Shown: one piece after another, positions 50,863 to 60,500 of the stretch
How positions within the stretch are numbered: position 1 is the stretch's first letter
Layout: each line of letters begins with the position of its first letter
DNA from: a virus
Strand: one strand, 5' to 3'
DNA: 64,000 bases
IMG/VR virus record: IMGVR_UViG_3300032331_002826
Coordinates: 1 to 64,000 of that record
Notes under the pieces: model-generated
The model's input: the letters and a program-made list of their open reading frames with translations, nothing else
Told to the model about the DNA's origin: nothing
Databases searched by the model: none
Position numbers and translations under genes: made by a program

Positions 50863-51003
50863 TTAGTCGTTGTCTTCATTTTCACCGTAGTCATGACAAT
50901 AATCTTTGATATACATCAAAGCATCGTCAACTATTGTCCAATCTTTAGATTCAATAGCGTCGTTCAAAATTTCAACGAGTTCACAAATTTCTTGTTGATT
51001 CAT
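50863..51003 (-). CDS. Small acidic hypothetical protein (46 aa)
   Basis: MNQQEICELVEILNDAIESKDWTIVDDALMYIKDYCHDYGENEDND; below the ORF-track cutoff, packed against the next gene. Confidence 0.55.
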   Translation of the reverse strand: MNQQEICELVEILNDAIESKDWTIVDDALMYIKDYCHDYGENEDND

Positions 51004-51099
51004 AGTAGAAATATCAGATTAATTATTTACAATACTCTGACTTGATAACGCCATGAGCAAAGTTAAATAGTGTAACGTCAGTAAAACTATCAGATATTT

Positions 51100-52116
51100 T
51101 CACCTATGTGCAAAATAACGCTTGAAAAAGTCATCTTGTCCTGACTTTTTTGCAGGATCGGGTTTTTCACTGGTCACAGTAATCGTTGGTTCTAGTACAC
51201 TCGATTCGGAAATATTGTTGGACGGTTCAGTTACAATTTCTTTTTCTTCAACCACATCTGATTTTGGTTGAATAACAGGTTCCGGCTTTGGTTGTGGGAT
51301 AGATTCTGGTGCAGTAGCATAAATTGCATATTCTCTGTTGATCGCAACGTTATATGCTAAAACCAATGCCACTGCGAGGGGATCGAATACACATATCAAT
51401 ATCAATATGAACCACTTTGCAACAGTGTTAATACTAACACCGGCAGACTCGGCAACAAATTTGAAGGTCTGAATATCTTTTGCTGAAGATGATGTAAGTT
51501 TAAGTTCGGTAATTTTCTTGTCTACATTATCTATATCAGTAGAATATGATTGAGATTTATCATTTTCCGATTTGATATTTTTGTCTGTTTGATCAATAAG
51601 TTCCATCGTCTGTTCCTGTACCTGACGAAATTGAATTGGATTTCTTGCCAACAGTGAGTTTGTATTAACCTGACTCAATCGATCCTCTTGACTCTTTCTT
51701 AGAGAGGTCAACGACTCAATACGTTTTTTTACATCATCGATCTTTACAAGAGACAATTTCTTCTGATTCTCCAATGACGTAACTTGTTCTTGCATCATTG
51801 TATATTGTATCGAAGACTGTTGATACGCACTTGTCAAGTATCCAAAAACACCTAAAGATGTAATACCCATCAAAACGATGACAGCAATACAAAGGTATGA
51901 TTTTAGTAGAAATTGAGATTTTTTCCAAAATCGATATAGAAATGAGGTAGCAACAAGTTTGCCTAACTCAAGTGAAGATGCCATCACCATTGCAGCAATT
52001 GATGCTCCAGAGAATAATAACCCAATGCCCCATATGGAGAAGAATGCAGCACACCCAGCAATGAATAGTGCTGAAAATCCCAATAGGTTATTGAAATTAA
52101 GAAAGTTCTTGTTCAT
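51100..52116 (-). CDS. Membrane protein, 3 TM + coiled coil + TM
   Basis: AAFFSIWGIGLLFSGA...LELGKLV; ITSLGVFGYL; VFDPLAVALV. Confidence 0.75.
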   Translation of the reverse strand: MNKNFLNFNNLLGFSALFIAGCAAFFSIWGIGLLFSGASIAAMVMASSLELGKLVATSFLYRFWKKSQFLLKSYLCIAVIVLMGITSLGVFGYLTSAYQQSSIQYTMMQEQVTSLENQKKLSLVKIDDVKKRIESLTSLRKSQEDRLSQVNTNSLLARNPIQFRQVQEQTMELIDQTDKNIKSENDKSQSYSTDIDNVDKKITELKLTSSSAKDIQTFKFVAESAGVSINTVAKWFILILICVFDPLAVALVLAYNVAINREYAIYATAPESIPQPKPEPVIQPKSDVVEEKEIVTEPSNNISESSVLEPTITVTSEKPDPAKKSGQDDFFKRYFAHR

Positions 52117-52172
52117 AAGATATAAATATCACCAAAAACAAAAAACCCCACCTAAATGGTGAGGGTAGTGTA

Positions 52173-53471
52173 TCAAACGTCAACGTTCAACTTGTTTTTA
52201 TACGAACCAAGTTCTCTTCCCATTATGTCATACGATTTGACTTCATAATGTAGGTTTTTGTTATCCGCAAGTAGTTGCAAATGAACGTTAAACGAAACTT
52301 TGTCGGGGCGATTCTGCCAGAATCCTATAATTTCCGGACCAAATGTATTCACCTGAATCAATCTATTTCTATCATCATATACAGAAACGGTTAATTTATT
52401 GACCGATTTGTTATTCAATATAGACGGATTCAAATCTATACTTGGAGAAACAGAAATGATGCTTAAAGTGATGGGATCGTGTCCGTCAACATAGTTTTCA
52501 TTGTATGGAGTTGGAGCTAACTTACCTGACAAAGTGTAAATACACACTTCTTTGGTGGAGAATTTAACACCAGCATATCTCTCATATTCACTTAAAGTAC
52601 GAACCTTTCCAAAGTTATATTTGTCAGATATGACAATTGCGTCATCTTGTTCCATTCCAAACAAAACTCGATTTCTCTTTTGTGACTTGATATCACGTTC
52701 CCACCAAGATTGTTTGATTCCTTTGATGTCTTGTTTAGTGAGATCATGATCGTCCCAATGCTTAAACCTGGCAGATCTAGTATATTCATGCCAACACACG
52801 ACTTTGTGTGGATGATACAAATCGTATCCGTGGGTAAATGCTCTTACCGCAATACTGATCTCTTCACCGTAGAAATAAAACTCAGGATCGTGCGGAACCT
52901 CTTCACAGAATTTACCATCAGCAAACGCAAAATGAGCAGAGTAAAATCTCGACGGAACAGGTGTTGTGCAAAACTCATAATCGTTTATTGGAGACGGCAC
53001 AAAGAAAATGGGACCGTCTGAAAGAAACTTATGAAAGTCCATTTTCCACGGAATCAGTTCATATGTACTTTTATCCGCAAATGGATCGAAAGCCGGAATA
53101 TAGGCAGTGATTAAGGGTTTTTCACTGCCCATATTTTGACACTGATTATACATCGTCTTTAGTTCTGTATCCCACCCCTGAACAAATCGATGATGTGAAT
53201 CCAACTGCATCGTATAACGTTGTCCGTTATACCTACGTTGAATTTGATTTCTTGCCCAACACGCGCCTTTACTTTCGTAATATGGAATGTCAATAATTTC
53301 GATATTTGGATACGACTTTAATACATCTAAATTTTCAGAGTCGTCGTGTTGCCAACATATACAAACATGCAACGCTTCGGGATTGTGAGCATTTTCGTAC
53401 ATATCCAAAATGGTTGGCACCAATTCTGGATCTCTGTACGATGCAATTTGTACAAATATCGATTCGTCCAT
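52173..53471 (-). CDS. GT60-like UDP-GlcNAc:polypeptide (Skp1-type) GlcNAc transferase
   Basis: IFVQIASYRDPEL, GACWAR, QLDSHHRF...WD, FYGEEI...RAFTHGYD. Confidence 0.8.
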   Translation of the reverse strand: MDESIFVQIASYRDPELVPTILDMYENAHNPEALHVCICWQHDDSENLDVLKSYPNIEIIDIPYYESKGACWARNQIQRRYNGQRYTMQLDSHHRFVQGWDTELKTMYNQCQNMGSEKPLITAYIPAFDPFADKSTYELIPWKMDFHKFLSDGPIFFVPSPINDYEFCTTPVPSRFYSAHFAFADGKFCEEVPHDPEFYFYGEEISIAVRAFTHGYDLYHPHKVVCWHEYTRSARFKHWDDHDLTKQDIKGIKQSWWERDIKSQKRNRVLFGMEQDDAIVISDKYNFGKVRTLSEYERYAGVKFSTKEVCIYTLSGKLAPTPYNENYVDGHDPITLSIISVSPSIDLNPSILNNKSVNKLTVSVYDDRNRLIQVNTFGPEIIGFWQNRPDKVSFNVHLQLLADNKNLHYEVKSYDIMGRELGSYKNKLNVDV

Positions 53472-53474
53472 AAC

Positions 53475-54143
53475 TTAGTCGTTTTCTTGTCTCCACATAT
53501 CATATTCACACCGACAACTAAGATAGTCAGCAACGTGAACGATTCTCGGAAGGTTGGTTTTCAACTCATGATCCGGGTTGTATGATTTTAAATATGAAGT
53601 ATTAGCCTCATGATACAATCCGTCAGAAAGTTTAATTGCTAATGTCTCCTTCCAATTACACACAATTCCATATTGCTGTAAAATAAACAGAGCACGATCT
53701 GTTACATCCATATATTGAAGATTTGCGTTGAACTTGTAAATCTCCGACTTGTTCTTTCGATGCCACTCACTATCCTGTGGAAGGTAATAGTCTCCCTGTT
53801 CCTTATCACCCAACTTTCCAAGATCGTGATGAATTGTGGCAAACGCTAGTTCCTCGTCGGTAAAATCAACTGTACCACCACGCATTTCGTACAACTTTTT
53901 AACACCAAATGAAGTTGTCAATACGTTGGTAATATGATCAATGTATCCGCCAGGATACGCGTTGTGATAGTGTTCTTTAGCACTAGCAGGAGCCAGTGTC
54001 AATCTATAACCATACTCATCTTCACTATAAAGATGATTGAGTTTCTTTAACCTTTCACCGGAAAAATATTTCGGCAAAAGTTCCATGAATTTTTCATAAT
54101 TAGCAGCAAGTTGTTTTTCAGTGTATGTCTTTGTCATAGACAT
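53475..54143 (-). CDS. HD-domain hydrolase (YhaM-like)
   Basis: APAS...HNAYPGGYIDH, HHDLGK, VHVADY. Confidence 0.8.
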   Translation of the reverse strand: MSMTKTYTEKQLAANYEKFMELLPKYFSGERLKKLNHLYSEDEYGYRLTLAPASAKEHYHNAYPGGYIDHITNVLTTSFGVKKLYEMRGGTVDFTDEELAFATIHHDLGKLGDKEQGDYYLPQDSEWHRKNKSEIYKFNANLQYMDVTDRALFILQQYGIVCNWKETLAIKLSDGLYHEANTSYLKSYNPDHELKTNLPRIVHVADYLSCRCEYDMWRQEND

Positions 54144-54145
54144 CA

Positions 54146-54173
54146 ATACTACACCAAAACCCAACAATGTCAA
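54146..54173 (-). promoter_or_regulatory. Sigma70-type promoter TTGACA-N16-TAGTAT
   Basis: Perfect -35 box, 16-bp spacer. Confidence 0.7.
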
Positions 54174-54179
54174 TTATGT

Positions 54180-54671
54180 TTAAACCGTGAATTCGACCGA
54201 TCCGTTTGGAGTTGTAAGTTTTATTGATGTGACTATATCTCCATCCTTCTTATTGAAACCACAAGAAAAAGGAGAGTAAACCGATGCAGGAATTGTATCT
54301 GAACTTCCGTTGTAAGAAATGATGGTATCACTATAAACAAATCCGTCACCGTCAATGTACACCCAATTATACTCAACTACCGGATGAACTTCAATAGATG
54401 TAACGGTAGGTGGAATTGCAGGTGTAGCTACAGTAAACACATCAGAACTAGTACATTCTCCTTCTGATGTGACTACACGTATTGTGAACTCACTTGATAC
54501 TCCTTCGGGAATAGCAAATGCAATTTGAGTAGAGTCGTAATACTGAACGGTATTACACTTGACACCACCAACATATGCGATGGTGTCGTTATCTATGAAT
54601 CCTGTTCCATAAACATACGTCCATTGACCAACTGGGCCCGTATGTGGAAGAAAATCTGTAATTATAGGCAT
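54180..54671 (-). CDS. Tandem IPT/TIG (Ig-like) domain protein
   Basis: PIITDFLPHTGPVGQWTYVYGTGF and second copy PTVTSI...VYIDGDGF...TTPNGS. Confidence 0.75.
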   Translation of the reverse strand: MPIITDFLPHTGPVGQWTYVYGTGFIDNDTIAYVGGVKCNTVQYYDSTQIAFAIPEGVSSEFTIRVVTSEGECTSSDVFTVATPAIPPTVTSIEVHPVVEYNWVYIDGDGFVYSDTIISYNGSSDTIPASVYSPFSCGFNKKDGDIVTSIKLTTPNGSVEFTV

Positions 54672-54686
54672 ATCACCCTATAAATA

Positions 54687-55412
54687 TCATCGAACCGATA
54701 TTTGTTTCAATCGAGTCACAATAAATTTTACCAATGCACTTCTTACAATATCATTCTCATCAAATTCAAACACGTGAATTCCATTTTCTTTACTCTCATC
54801 ATCACGAAATTGTTCAGTGAGTTTTATGAATCCGCTTTTTGACCCAATATCACTTTGTTCTGGATCACCAAGAATAAACACTTTACTGAATTCACCAACG
54901 CGTGTAACCAAAGTGACCAACTCTTTATGAGTCATGTTCTGTGCTTCATCAGCAATGATGCAACGAGCGTTCCAGTTCAATCCACGGAGAAATCCAATAG
55001 GAATACTGTCTACGTGTTTTTCTTTTTGCAACCAATCAACTGTTGACTTATTCAAAAATTCAGACAACTTCTCAACTAGAGGTTGAATATATGGTGCCAT
55101 TTTTTCCTCAGCTTCTCCTGGCAAAAAACCGATCTTACTATCAGAGCTTTCCACTGCGCTTCGTAGATAAAGAAGATCACTAACTCGTTTCTGATTCATC
55201 AATTTTAGTGCTGTCAACACAGCCAAATATGTCTTTGATGATCCGGCCGGGCCGCTTACAAATACTAGTTTTGTGTTTTTATCTAACGCTATATTAAGAA
55301 ATTCTTTTTGTTTTTCCGTCAACTCTCTGTGAGATATGTCCATCTCAGTTTTAATTTTGTGTTTTTGTGGAACAGTAGGACTAGTATCTGGAAGTTTCTT
55401 GTGTTTTTTCAT
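54687..55412 (-). CDS. phoH: PhoH-family ATPase
   Basis: GPAGSSKT, IGFLPG...EKMAPY, FLRG, DEAQN, LGDPEQSD, DIVRS. Confidence 0.93.
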   Translation of the reverse strand: MKKHKKLPDTSPTVPQKHKIKTEMDISHRELTEKQKEFLNIALDKNTKLVFVSGPAGSSKTYLAVLTALKLMNQKRVSDLLYLRSAVESSDSKIGFLPGEAEEKMAPYIQPLVEKLSEFLNKSTVDWLQKEKHVDSIPIGFLRGLNWNARCIIADEAQNMTHKELVTLVTRVGEFSKVFILGDPEQSDIGSKSGFIKLTEQFRDDESKENGIHVFEFDENDIVRSALVKFIVTRLKQISVR

Positions 55413-55726
55413 TAGATTTTAGTTTTGGTATCCAATAACAATTCTAGTTTTTTCACTCGGGCGCACAATTCATACTTCTCCTCTTTTATGTAAAAGTTGT
55501 ATATGTGGCTGACATTTTCACGAAACTCAGTTTGTGAAACCGTAATGACGAAATCTGAATTTTTAAAAGCGAAAACCTCCACCATAGGTAGGTTTTTTTC
55601 AACGGCGAACTCAATTGAAGAGATGACTTTTTCCGTCAAGTCTATTTTATTAGACTCAACGTATGATTCTAACTCAGTAAAGTTAGAAGGCAATACAAAC
55701 GGTTTGTACTTTGCTTTTTTTGTCAT
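55412..55726 (-). CDS. Hypothetical protein with UvrB/C-like C-terminal motif
   Basis: EEKYELCARV; ATG at 55726 after a late motif. Confidence 0.6.
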   Translation of the reverse strand: MTKKAKYKPFVLPSNFTELESYVESNKIDLTEKVISSIEFAVEKNLPMVEVFAFKNSDFVITVSQTEFRENVSHIYNFYIKEEKYELCARVKKLELLLDTKTKI

Positions 55727-55775
55727 ATCAATAACAGTTGACAATAAATATCTTCAACGTTGTTGATAAACAAAT

Positions 55776-55802
55776 AAAAAACGCCATCCGAAGATGACGT
55801 TT
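55776..55802 (-). terminator. Rho-independent terminator
   Basis: aaaacgccatc-cgaa-gatgacgtttt (UUCG loop on the minus strand). Confidence 0.75.
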
Positions 55803-55829
55803 ACAGTAGATCAAAATGTATCAAACAGG

Positions 55830-56048
55830 TTAATTTTTCTTCTTTGAAGACTTCTTCACAGGGGATGTTTTAGAAGGAGCGGTTTGTTCGGAATCCTGAG
55901 TGCTCAGTTCAATGATTCGATTCTTGGCGGTAGAGTTCCAAGAATTCTTTGTTCTATCAGATGCGAACCCATATGACTTGCCACCAGCAAGTAACTGAGA
56001 CACTTCCGCTTCTGATCCTGCGTTTTTAATTTGCTCTCTTAGTCCCAT
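55830..56048 (-). CDS. Hypothetical protein
   Basis: 72-aa ORF in operon. Confidence 0.6.
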   Translation of the reverse strand: MGLREQIKNAGSEAEVSQLLAGGKSYGFASDRTKNSWNSTAKNRIIELSTQDSEQTAPSKTSPVKKSSKKKN

Positions 56049-56054
56049 AATAGT

Positions 56055-56243
56055 TTACCAAATACGATGCTTTTTTTCATCCTTCTCAACAACTTCAATG
56101 GTCGAACCATCCGGCCATCGTTGAATAAGTGACTTCCAATGTTGCACTTCAGTGTTCGCTTCGACCGGAGTATCATACTCCTGATCAGAAACACGAAGTC
56201 CGCTACGGACAACTACATACTTTTTAGTTTTAGTATCAGACAT
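56055..56243 (-). CDS. Hypothetical protein
   Basis: 62-aa ORF downstream of a sigma70 promoter. Confidence 0.6.
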   Translation of the reverse strand: MSDTKTKKYVVVRSGLRVSDQEYDTPVEANTEVQHWKSLIQRWPDGSTIEVVEKDEKKHRIW

Positions 56244-56293
56244 AACTGTACTCTTTGTTTATTGTTGTTTACACACTTCGATCTACATTTTCA

Positions 56294-56321
56294 AGTATAT
56301 CACATCGACATATGATGTCAA
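56294..56321 (-). promoter_or_regulatory. Sigma70-type promoter TTGACA-N16-TATACT
   Basis: Near-consensus boxes with TG extension. Confidence 0.75.
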
Positions 56322-56329
56322 TGGTTTAT

Positions 56330-56656
56330 TCACCAAAATCTGTGGTTTTCTCTTATGACTTCAAATCCCGCCGTTTCAGACAAATGCCAATGTCTAACTC
56401 TATGTCCGTTCTCATCTACGGATTCAAGAGTATCTGGAACTTCAACAACACGCAAATCTGCTGTATCACCATTAGCTCGTTCCTGAAGAAATTCAATGAC
56501 TTCAATTAGCTTTTGGTTTGTGCGTTCTTCTTGATTGTAGAAACTATATGGCTCTGTTACACCAAGCATATCACATGCTTCTTTTGAAAGTTTGTATCCA
56601 CATTTACTATCTCTATTTTCTTTAGTACCTTTTGATCGATTTACTACAATTTTCAT
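56330..56656 (-). CDS. Hypothetical phage protein
   Basis: KIVVNR...GYKLS...RT...LIEVIE.L...ANG...LRVVEVP...E.HR.W pattern seen in phage hypotheticals. Confidence 0.7.
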   Translation of the reverse strand: MKIVVNRSKGTKENRDSKCGYKLSKEACDMLGVTEPYSFYNQEERTNQKLIEVIEFLQERANGDTADLRVVEVPDTLESVDENGHRVRHWHLSETAGFEVIRENHRFW

Positions 56657-56666
56657 ATATCTATAA

Positions 56667-56942
56667 TTAGTCTGAATTCAATTGTTCTTGTACAAATTTG
56701 CAAAGATCTTTGGCTTTTTCATCTGTAATGATTACTGTGTCTGCCCAAAGATGACCATGTATAAGTATATGTTTTATCCACCTAAATCTCTCTTTCCAAT
56801 TCATAACCCTCTGATGTCCCTCACGTGCCCATATGGTTAAGTTAAATCCTTTATCCACATTGTCGTACTTGTATCTTTCAATCTCAAGGGTATGACAACT
56901 ACATTCACATTTTGTGTAATAAGATATTTCAGTGGGTTTCAT
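56667..56942 (-). CDS. Hypothetical protein
   Basis: 91-aa ORF with CECSCH motif. Confidence 0.6.
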   Translation of the reverse strand: MKPTEISYYTKCECSCHTLEIERYKYDNVDKGFNLTIWAREGHQRVMNWKERFRWIKHILIHGHLWADTVIITDEKAKDLCKFVQEQLNSD

Positions 56943-57367
56943 ATGTCTGTAAATCTATAAGATCCTCCTTCTGGATGAACAACAACGCTTTCATAGTGAA
57001 AACACTGCATCATTTCATACACCGTATTGTATATTGTAACTCCTCCATTTGGAAAGCATGGGTCTCCAACTCTATGAGTTTTGTACAAGTATAGTTTGTA
57101 AAAGTCTGGGTATTTTGCGACCAACACACGTGTGCCTTTTGGAGTGATTTCGTTTACTACGTTGGTTTTGTCAACATTAATAAACACCTCAAAAATGGTT
57201 CCATTTGTACCAATGATCTTAGGTATACTTTTGTAATACCTATTTGATTCATCTGACTCAGTAATCTTCTTCGATTTCTTCTTTACTTTTTTGGCGTCGT
57301 CCGCCGGATCAATAATCTTGGCTTTGATATCATCCAGACGTTCTTTTTGTTTTTTGATTTTTTTCAT
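56939..57367 (-). CDS. Hypothetical protein
   Basis: 142-aa ORF overlapping its neighbours by 4 bp. Confidence 0.6.
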   Translation of the reverse strand: MKKIKKQKERLDDIKAKIIDPADDAKKVKKKSKKITESDESNRYYKSIPKIIGTNGTIFEVFINVDKTNVVNEITPKGTRVLVAKYPDFYKLYLYKTHRVGDPCFPNGGVTIYNTVYEMMQCFHYESVVVHPEGGSYRFTDI

Positions 57368-58683
57368 TTAACTGTTAGCTCGCACAACTTGTTATAGTCA
57401 CTGTTTATCTGATCGAGCATATTCGCAGGAATCAAATCTACACTATCTAACAATCGACGACAAGATTTTTTTGATTCATCATATTTTTTCAAATACATAG
57501 CTGATGTATAATGATAATACAAAGGTTCATAGTTTGTGTCGGGATATGCACATTTGTTTAAGAAAAACTCTCGTTGTTTTTCAACATCAACATGATTGTT
57601 TTGTATGGACAACAATGAGTATAAATACGTCATTTTATGATCCTGTTTTTCAACGTAATATCTACATAAACACAAAAGTCCTTCGTTTCTGGTGTGGTCA
57701 ATCCGATAACTATTTATCAAATATTGAATTCCGTCTTTCTTATCGTCGTAACATCTAAGTATAAGTTCACCCATGTAACAAAAAGCAACATACGCCATTT
57801 CGTTTGTGTATCCCAAAGTTGTGGGAATAGATTCATACATTATTGATAAGTTGGTATCATCTCTTATTCCCATTGTTAATTCTAAATATTTTCTGTAGTA
57901 GAAAATGCTTCTGCGTGCTATTTCTTTTATGTGATCGTCGCCAAACATCATTTTCATATTGGCAAATTTGTGGTCCGATGATCGGTAGTTTTCGAGAAAG
58001 TCATAATAAGACTTTGCAAGATACCAAACATAATAAGCATCATAGGAAAAGTCAGGGTCGTTTCTATCTTTGATAGGAGTTAGAATCAATTGATGTTCAA
58101 GTTCTTTAGCGTCCACATAGAACTTCAAAGGATTAGTAGAACTATGACTTCCTTCTACCATGATGATTCTTAGATTTTTTGACAGATATCCAAGTTTCCA
58201 CTTCTCTCTAGATTTACGTCGAATCAATTCATGTGCTCTGCTTGGAACAAACTCCCAGTCAATTTTAGCATTCAAAATCCAAGGTCTATATACAGATGTG
58301 TCACCAAAACTCGTTTTTGAATGAACATACCATTCATCACAATTAAACAGTTGGTCCCAATCAAAATCGTCGTCCACTTCAAGTCGTTCATCAGCATCAA
58401 CTCGGAGAATATAATCACATCCATGATCCGATTTCAAACACGTTTGAGTTGCATCGTTTCTATTGTGACCATGGCTAACCCACGGAGTATAATACAGAAA
58501 CCCAGGAATGTTCTTCTCTTTGAAAAAACTAGTAATCAACTGTTGAGTTCCATCTGTAGATCCGTTGTCTTGAATAACCCAATAGTCAATGTATTTGTAC
58601 ACGGTTTCAAGCATAGGAATAATGACTTTGGCTTCATTCTTCACCATGATGTTAAATACGATTTTGATTTTATTTTTGGGCAT
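57364..58683 (-). CDS. GT2-family glycosyltransferase with TPR-like C-terminus
   Basis: IMVKNE, DNGSTDGT, GHNRN, VDADE, HE; helical YYVWYLAKSY repeats; ATG at 58683. Confidence 0.85.
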   Translation of the reverse strand: MPKNKIKIVFNIMVKNEAKVIIPMLETVYKYIDYWVIQDNGSTDGTQQLITSFFKEKNIPGFLYYTPWVSHGHNRNDATQTCLKSDHGCDYILRVDADERLEVDDDFDWDQLFNCDEWYVHSKTSFGDTSVYRPWILNAKIDWEFVPSRAHELIRRKSREKWKLGYLSKNLRIIMVEGSHSSTNPLKFYVDAKELEHQLILTPIKDRNDPDFSYDAYYVWYLAKSYYDFLENYRSSDHKFANMKMMFGDDHIKEIARRSIFYYRKYLELTMGIRDDTNLSIMYESIPTTLGYTNEMAYVAFCYMGELILRCYDDKKDGIQYLINSYRIDHTRNEGLLCLCRYYVEKQDHKMTYLYSLLSIQNNHVDVEKQREFFLNKCAYPDTNYEPLYYHYTSAMYLKKYDESKKSCRRLLDSVDLIPANMLDQINSDYNKLCELTVK

Positions 58684-58715
58684 AACGATGTTACAGTTAA
58701 CTATATCAGCGCAAA

Positions 58716-58744
58716 GAAAAACCACAAACTTTCATTTGTGGTTT
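58716..58744 (-). terminator. Rho-independent terminator
   Basis: aaaaaccacaaa-ctttca-tttgtggttt. Confidence 0.65.
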
Positions 58745-58749
58745 AACTT

Positions 58750-58910
58750 ACAGACTACTCCTCACTTCTATTCTGAGGGGAAGTTAACCCCAAGTCTACC
58801 TCACGGCGTAGACCGCCTTACTCAAGTTTCGAAACAATTCAAGTTTCTACTTTTATGTCGAGTGCGCCCATGTATCCATACTAAGGGCAATTTATTGAGT
58901 CATCGTCTGT
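58750..58910 (-). ncRNA. Unassigned multi-stem structured RNA (about 160 nt)
   Basis: Closing helix ACAGAC/GUCUGU; internal ACUCAA/UUGAGU, GCCC/GGGC, GAAAC/GUUUC, GUCUAC/GUAGAC and CCUCA/UGAGG; lies between a stop codon and a terminator. Confidence 0.5.
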
Positions 58911-59116
58911 CAAACATCTTCTTCTTCAACTGGATTTTTGATGGTTGGAGAAATTGCTTCAGCTTCTTCTACAACTGCTTTAATCTCATTCTCCAAATCT
59001 TTTATCTTCTCTTTATATCCAGCGGAGATATCCTTAAAATCTTTCTTAGTGAAGATCAACTTTTCAGTAAGTTCGTAAACTTTCTTTTCTGCTTCTGATT
59101 TAGATATTGTAACCAT
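58910..59116 (-). CDS. Small coiled-coil hypothetical protein
   Basis: 68-aa ORF. Confidence 0.6.
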   Translation of the reverse strand: MVTISKSEAEKKVYELTEKLIFTKKDFKDISAGYKEKIKDLENEIKAVVEEAEAISPTIKNPVEEEDV

Positions 59117-59180
59117 TTTAATGTATAACCTTTCTATGTAATAACTATTGGTATGTGTAACTAAACTGTCGGAAAAAAAT

Positions 59181-59571
59181 TGGTGGACGTGGCGGGATTC
59201 GAACCCGCGTCTTCAAAAATATATTCTACATCAGACTACACGCTTATGAATTTTTTGACCGCACAACAACCATAATCTAAAATCCCAAACTTATGATTGT
59301 TTATGTTTGTAAGTTTCAACAACATATCCAAACTATATGTCATCAAGCCTGATAGAGTACACCCAACACAATTATCAGACATCGTTGTATTGGATGTGCA
59401 GCAACTTAAGCTGCGAGTAGTGCAACGTCTTCTCTCTTAGAAGTGAAGTCGTAGCTGATTACTTTGCTTTTCTTAGCATTTATTTTTTGAACAGATGATT
59501 AAAGAGGCCGACCGTTCATCCTCTGCGTGCCTAACATGAACTAATCTTTGAATCGAGACCAGTACACGCCC
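59181..59571 (-). ncRNA. ssrA: tmRNA
   Basis: 5' GGGCGUG pairs with 3' CACGUCC-A-CCA with G3:U70; T-arm GCGGG-UUCGAAU-CCCGC; resume context AUAAAU-GCU; tag AKKSKVISYDFTSKREDVALLAA-stop (59477..59406). Confidence 0.93.
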
Positions 59572-59597
59572 AAATTTTGAAAGAACAACTATAAGTA

Positions 59598-60227
59598 TCA
59601 GATCGATTTAGGATCGTATCCGAATTTCATAAATGCATCATGATAGAAATGAGCAACAATGTCAATCTCTTTTTGAGTATAATAACTCTGCCAATCACTT
59701 AACGTTGGATTGTTTTTATTCCTTCTCAGAATAAACTCGGGTCCAGAACCTCCACTTTCAGTGTAACTATTTTGAACAAGTTGATTTTGAATTATAGATT
59801 GAACATTCGGATCTTTTAAATCCACAAAAGGAATTTTGGCAAGATCTTCCATATAATTTTCAATCCTAACATAGATGTCTGGTTGTTTTTTGTATGTTAG
59901 AATTGGAGAAAATTCACCCATTCCTGTCATACCTGATACCCATTCTGGAAAAGTCTGACGTATGATGATATTATTGTTTTCATCGATGTCAAAATTCCTC
60001 CAATGCCAAACAGATAAAACGTGTGAATATGGATTACGTACATTACATATCACCAAATAATCGTCACACCCCGCCGGTATTCCTATCTCATGAGTTCCTT
60101 GCTCTTTGATGTGACATTGACTTGCAGCGTTGTAAAAATCGTAGTATTCCAAAATGTAAGACATCGATCTACTGGCTGTACGAGGCGGCAACCACCACAC
60201 CGCTTTATGTTTATGATTTACAAGCAT
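59598..60227 (-). CDS. Sulfotransferase family 2-like protein
   Basis: WLPPRTASRS (5'-PSB-like), VRNPYS..LS (3'-PB), RIEN, YHDAFMKFGY. Confidence 0.75.
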   Translation of the reverse strand: MLVNHKHKAVWWLPPRTASRSMSYILEYYDFYNAASQCHIKEQGTHEIGIPAGCDDYLVICNVRNPYSHVLSVWHWRNFDIDENNNIIIRQTFPEWVSGMTGMGEFSPILTYKKQPDIYVRIENYMEDLAKIPFVDLKDPNVQSIIQNQLVQNSYTESGGSGPEFILRRNKNNPTLSDWQSYYTQKEIDIVAHFYHDAFMKFGYDPKSI

Positions 60228-60308
60228 ATTATGTATCCTATATCGAATACATATGTTTATGTTGAGTAATATTCAGAAAGAAATGTCTGAATTAATATCT
60301 AACAAATT

Positions 60309-60382
60309 TGGAGCGGGTAGTGGGAATCGAACCCACACATCAACCTTGGCAAGGTCGAAGGCTACCACTACATCATACCCGC
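60309..60382 (-). tRNA. tRNA-Gly(GCC)
   Basis: Cloverleaf, anticodon loop UU-GCC-AA, U73-CCA. Confidence 0.93.
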
Positions 60383-60394
60383 ATTATTAAAATT

Positions 60395-60470
<76 letters not shown>

Positions 60471-60500
60471 ATTTAATATCACCAATACATAGTGATAAAA

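Noticed and set aside
747-58683. Stop-codon reassignment (alternative genetic code)
   Set aside because: Core genes are full length under the standard code, and no CUA or UCA suppressor tRNA occurs among the 14 tRNAs here
58589-59098. 169-aa plus-strand ORF
   Set aside because: Antisense to two minus-strand genes and a structured RNA; no recognisable motif
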